A stretch of 64,000 nucleotides of DNA from Chloroflexota bacterium. Its GTDB lineage: Bacteria; Chloroflexota; Limnocylindria; Limnocylindrales; CSP1-4. The notes beneath the pieces are model-generated. The model was not told the DNA's origin and did not search any database. It saw only the letters and a program-made list of their open reading frames with translations. A program made the position numbers and the translations under genes. The DNA is taken from assembly GCA_025935925.1 (NCBI GenBank), contig JAICUI010000010.1:6307-70306 (forward strand), in the 5' to 3' direction. This document shows positions 62,954 to 64,000 of this stretch, piece after piece (within the stretch, counting starts at the first letter, position 1; every line of letters begins with the position of its first letter).

Positions 62954-63910
62954 ATGCATGCGTCCAGGTCGGTCATCCGCGTCGAGGATCTGATCAAGAC
63001 CTTCGGTCACGTCCGGGCGCTCGACGGCCTCGACCTCGACGTGGCGCAGGGAGAGGTGCACGGGTTCCTCGGCCCCAACGGAGCCGGCAAGACGACGACG
63101 ATCCGGATCGTCCTTGGCCTGATGCGGGCCGGTGGCGGTCGCGTCGAGCTGTTCGGCGGCGACCCGTGGGCCGAGGCCGCCGAGCTCCACGCGCGGCTCG
63201 CCTACGTTCCCGGCGACGTCGCGCTGTGGTCCGGGCTGACCGGCGGGCAGTGCCTGGATGTTCTCGGCGCGACCCACGGCGGGCTTCCGGAGCGTCGCCG
63301 CGCCGCCCTCATCGAGCGCTTCGAGCTCGACCCGAGCAAGCGGATCCGCGACTACTCGAAGGGCAATCGGCAGAAGGTCGCGTTGATCGCGGCCCTCGCC
63401 GCGGATGTCGACCTGCTCATCCTCGACGAGCCCACGTCCGGGCTGGACCCGCTCATGGAGCAGGCGTTCCAGGACGTCGTCCGGGAGCGGCGCGCGGACG
63501 GCTGCACGGTGCTCCTGTCGAGCCACATCCTCGCCGAGGTCGAGGCGCTCGCCGATCGGGTCAGCATCATCCGAAGCGGCCGAACGGTCACGACCGGCAC
63601 CCTCGCCGACCTCCGCCGGCACACGCGGACCCACATCCACGCGGTCACTGTCGATCCCCCGGCGGGGCTGCGCGACGCCCCGGGCGTCGCGGATCATCGG
63701 TCGACGGACGTCGATGGCCATGTCGAGAGCCGGCTCACCGTCGATGCGGCACACCTCGACGCCGTGATCGGCATGCTGCATGCCGCGCGGGTGGACACCC
63801 TGACCGTCACGCCACCGAGCCTCGACGCCCTGTTCCTCCGCACCTACGACGCCTCGCCGTCGGCCGCCGATGCGACCGACCCGGCAGCCGAGCCCGGTGC
63901 GCCGCGATGA
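62954..63910 (+). CDS. ABC-2 type exporter ATP-binding protein
   Basis: GPNGAGKTT, YSKGNRQK, LILDEPTSGLDP, SSH; GAGGAG RBS. Confidence 0.93.
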   Translation: MHASRSVIRVEDLIKTFGHVRALDGLDLDVAQGEVHGFLGPNGAGKTTTIRIVLGLMRAGGGRVELFGGDPWAEAAELHARLAYVPGDVALWSGLTGGQCLDVLGATHGGLPERRRAALIERFELDPSKRIRDYSKGNRQKVALIAALAADVDLLILDEPTSGLDPLMEQAFQDVVRERRADGCTVLLSSHILAEVEALADRVSIIRSGRTVTTGTLADLRRHTRTHIHAVTVDPPAGLRDAPGVADHRSTDVDGHVESRLTVDAAHLDAVIGMLHAARVDTLTVTPPSLDALFLRTYDASPSAADATDPAAEPGAPR

Positions 63911-64000
63911 GCGCAACCGGCCTCGGGCCGATGCTCGCGATCCAGTGGCGCACGCATCGCCGCGCGACGGTCACGTGGATGATCGTGCTGGTCGCGGGCA
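63907..64000 (+). CDS. ABC exporter permease, 5' fragment (runs off the window)
   Basis: ATGA overlap with the ATPase; MSATGLGPMLAIQWRTHRRATVTWMIVL entering a TM helix. Confidence 0.65.
   Translation, partial: MSATGLGPMLAIQWRTHRRATVTWMIVLVAG

Noticed and set aside
1-64000. tRNA, rRNA, transposase, integrase or phage genes
   Set aside because: No cloverleaf with a T-loop and acceptor stem, no rRNA-like tract and no mobile-element motifs were recognised; a tRNAscan/Infernal run would be needed to exclude small RNAs.

Overview
A very GC-rich, gene-dense bacterial chromosomal window with about 68 CDSs. The gene content and promoter style suggest a soil or sediment Chloroflexota (Limnocylindria-like) or actinobacterium-like organism; this is an inference. 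I found no rRNA, tRNA, CRISPR array, transposase or prophage. The main blocks are: a zinc-ribbon gene, S41 protease, FAD oxidase and mmuM-GT2; a MoxR-DUF58-VWA triad; a two-component pair whose kinase carries a truncated CheB domain; an LLM oxidoreductase, AhpD-like gene and RnfD/UnbU-like membrane protein; a dapB-dapA-dapD-lysA operon; a Bxl-like LacI/ABC/GH3 sugar locus next to a non-phosphorylative sugar-acid catabolic cluster; an orphan Mo-hydroxylase large subunit; LigC plus PrimPol; stress and repair genes (yaaA, msrB, mug, two ArsR-SRPBCC pairs, RidA, S4 protein); a large secreted Ig-repeat protein; TauE plus DUF1634; a LuxR-type AAA ATPase; MarR; a decayed ClC-CBS gene; and an ABC exporter cut by the window end. 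The best novelty candidate is a Lys-codon leader peptide with a terminator, competing pairings and an anti-Shine-Dalgarno helix in front of the lysine/DAP operon, i.e. putative ribosome-mediated lysine attenuation. Other candidates are an orphan eCIS-style effector with a DUF922-like protease, pervasive leaderless genes including an 18-bp back-to-back bidirectional promoter, and several internally deleted genes. All family calls come from motif recognition by eye; no database search was run.
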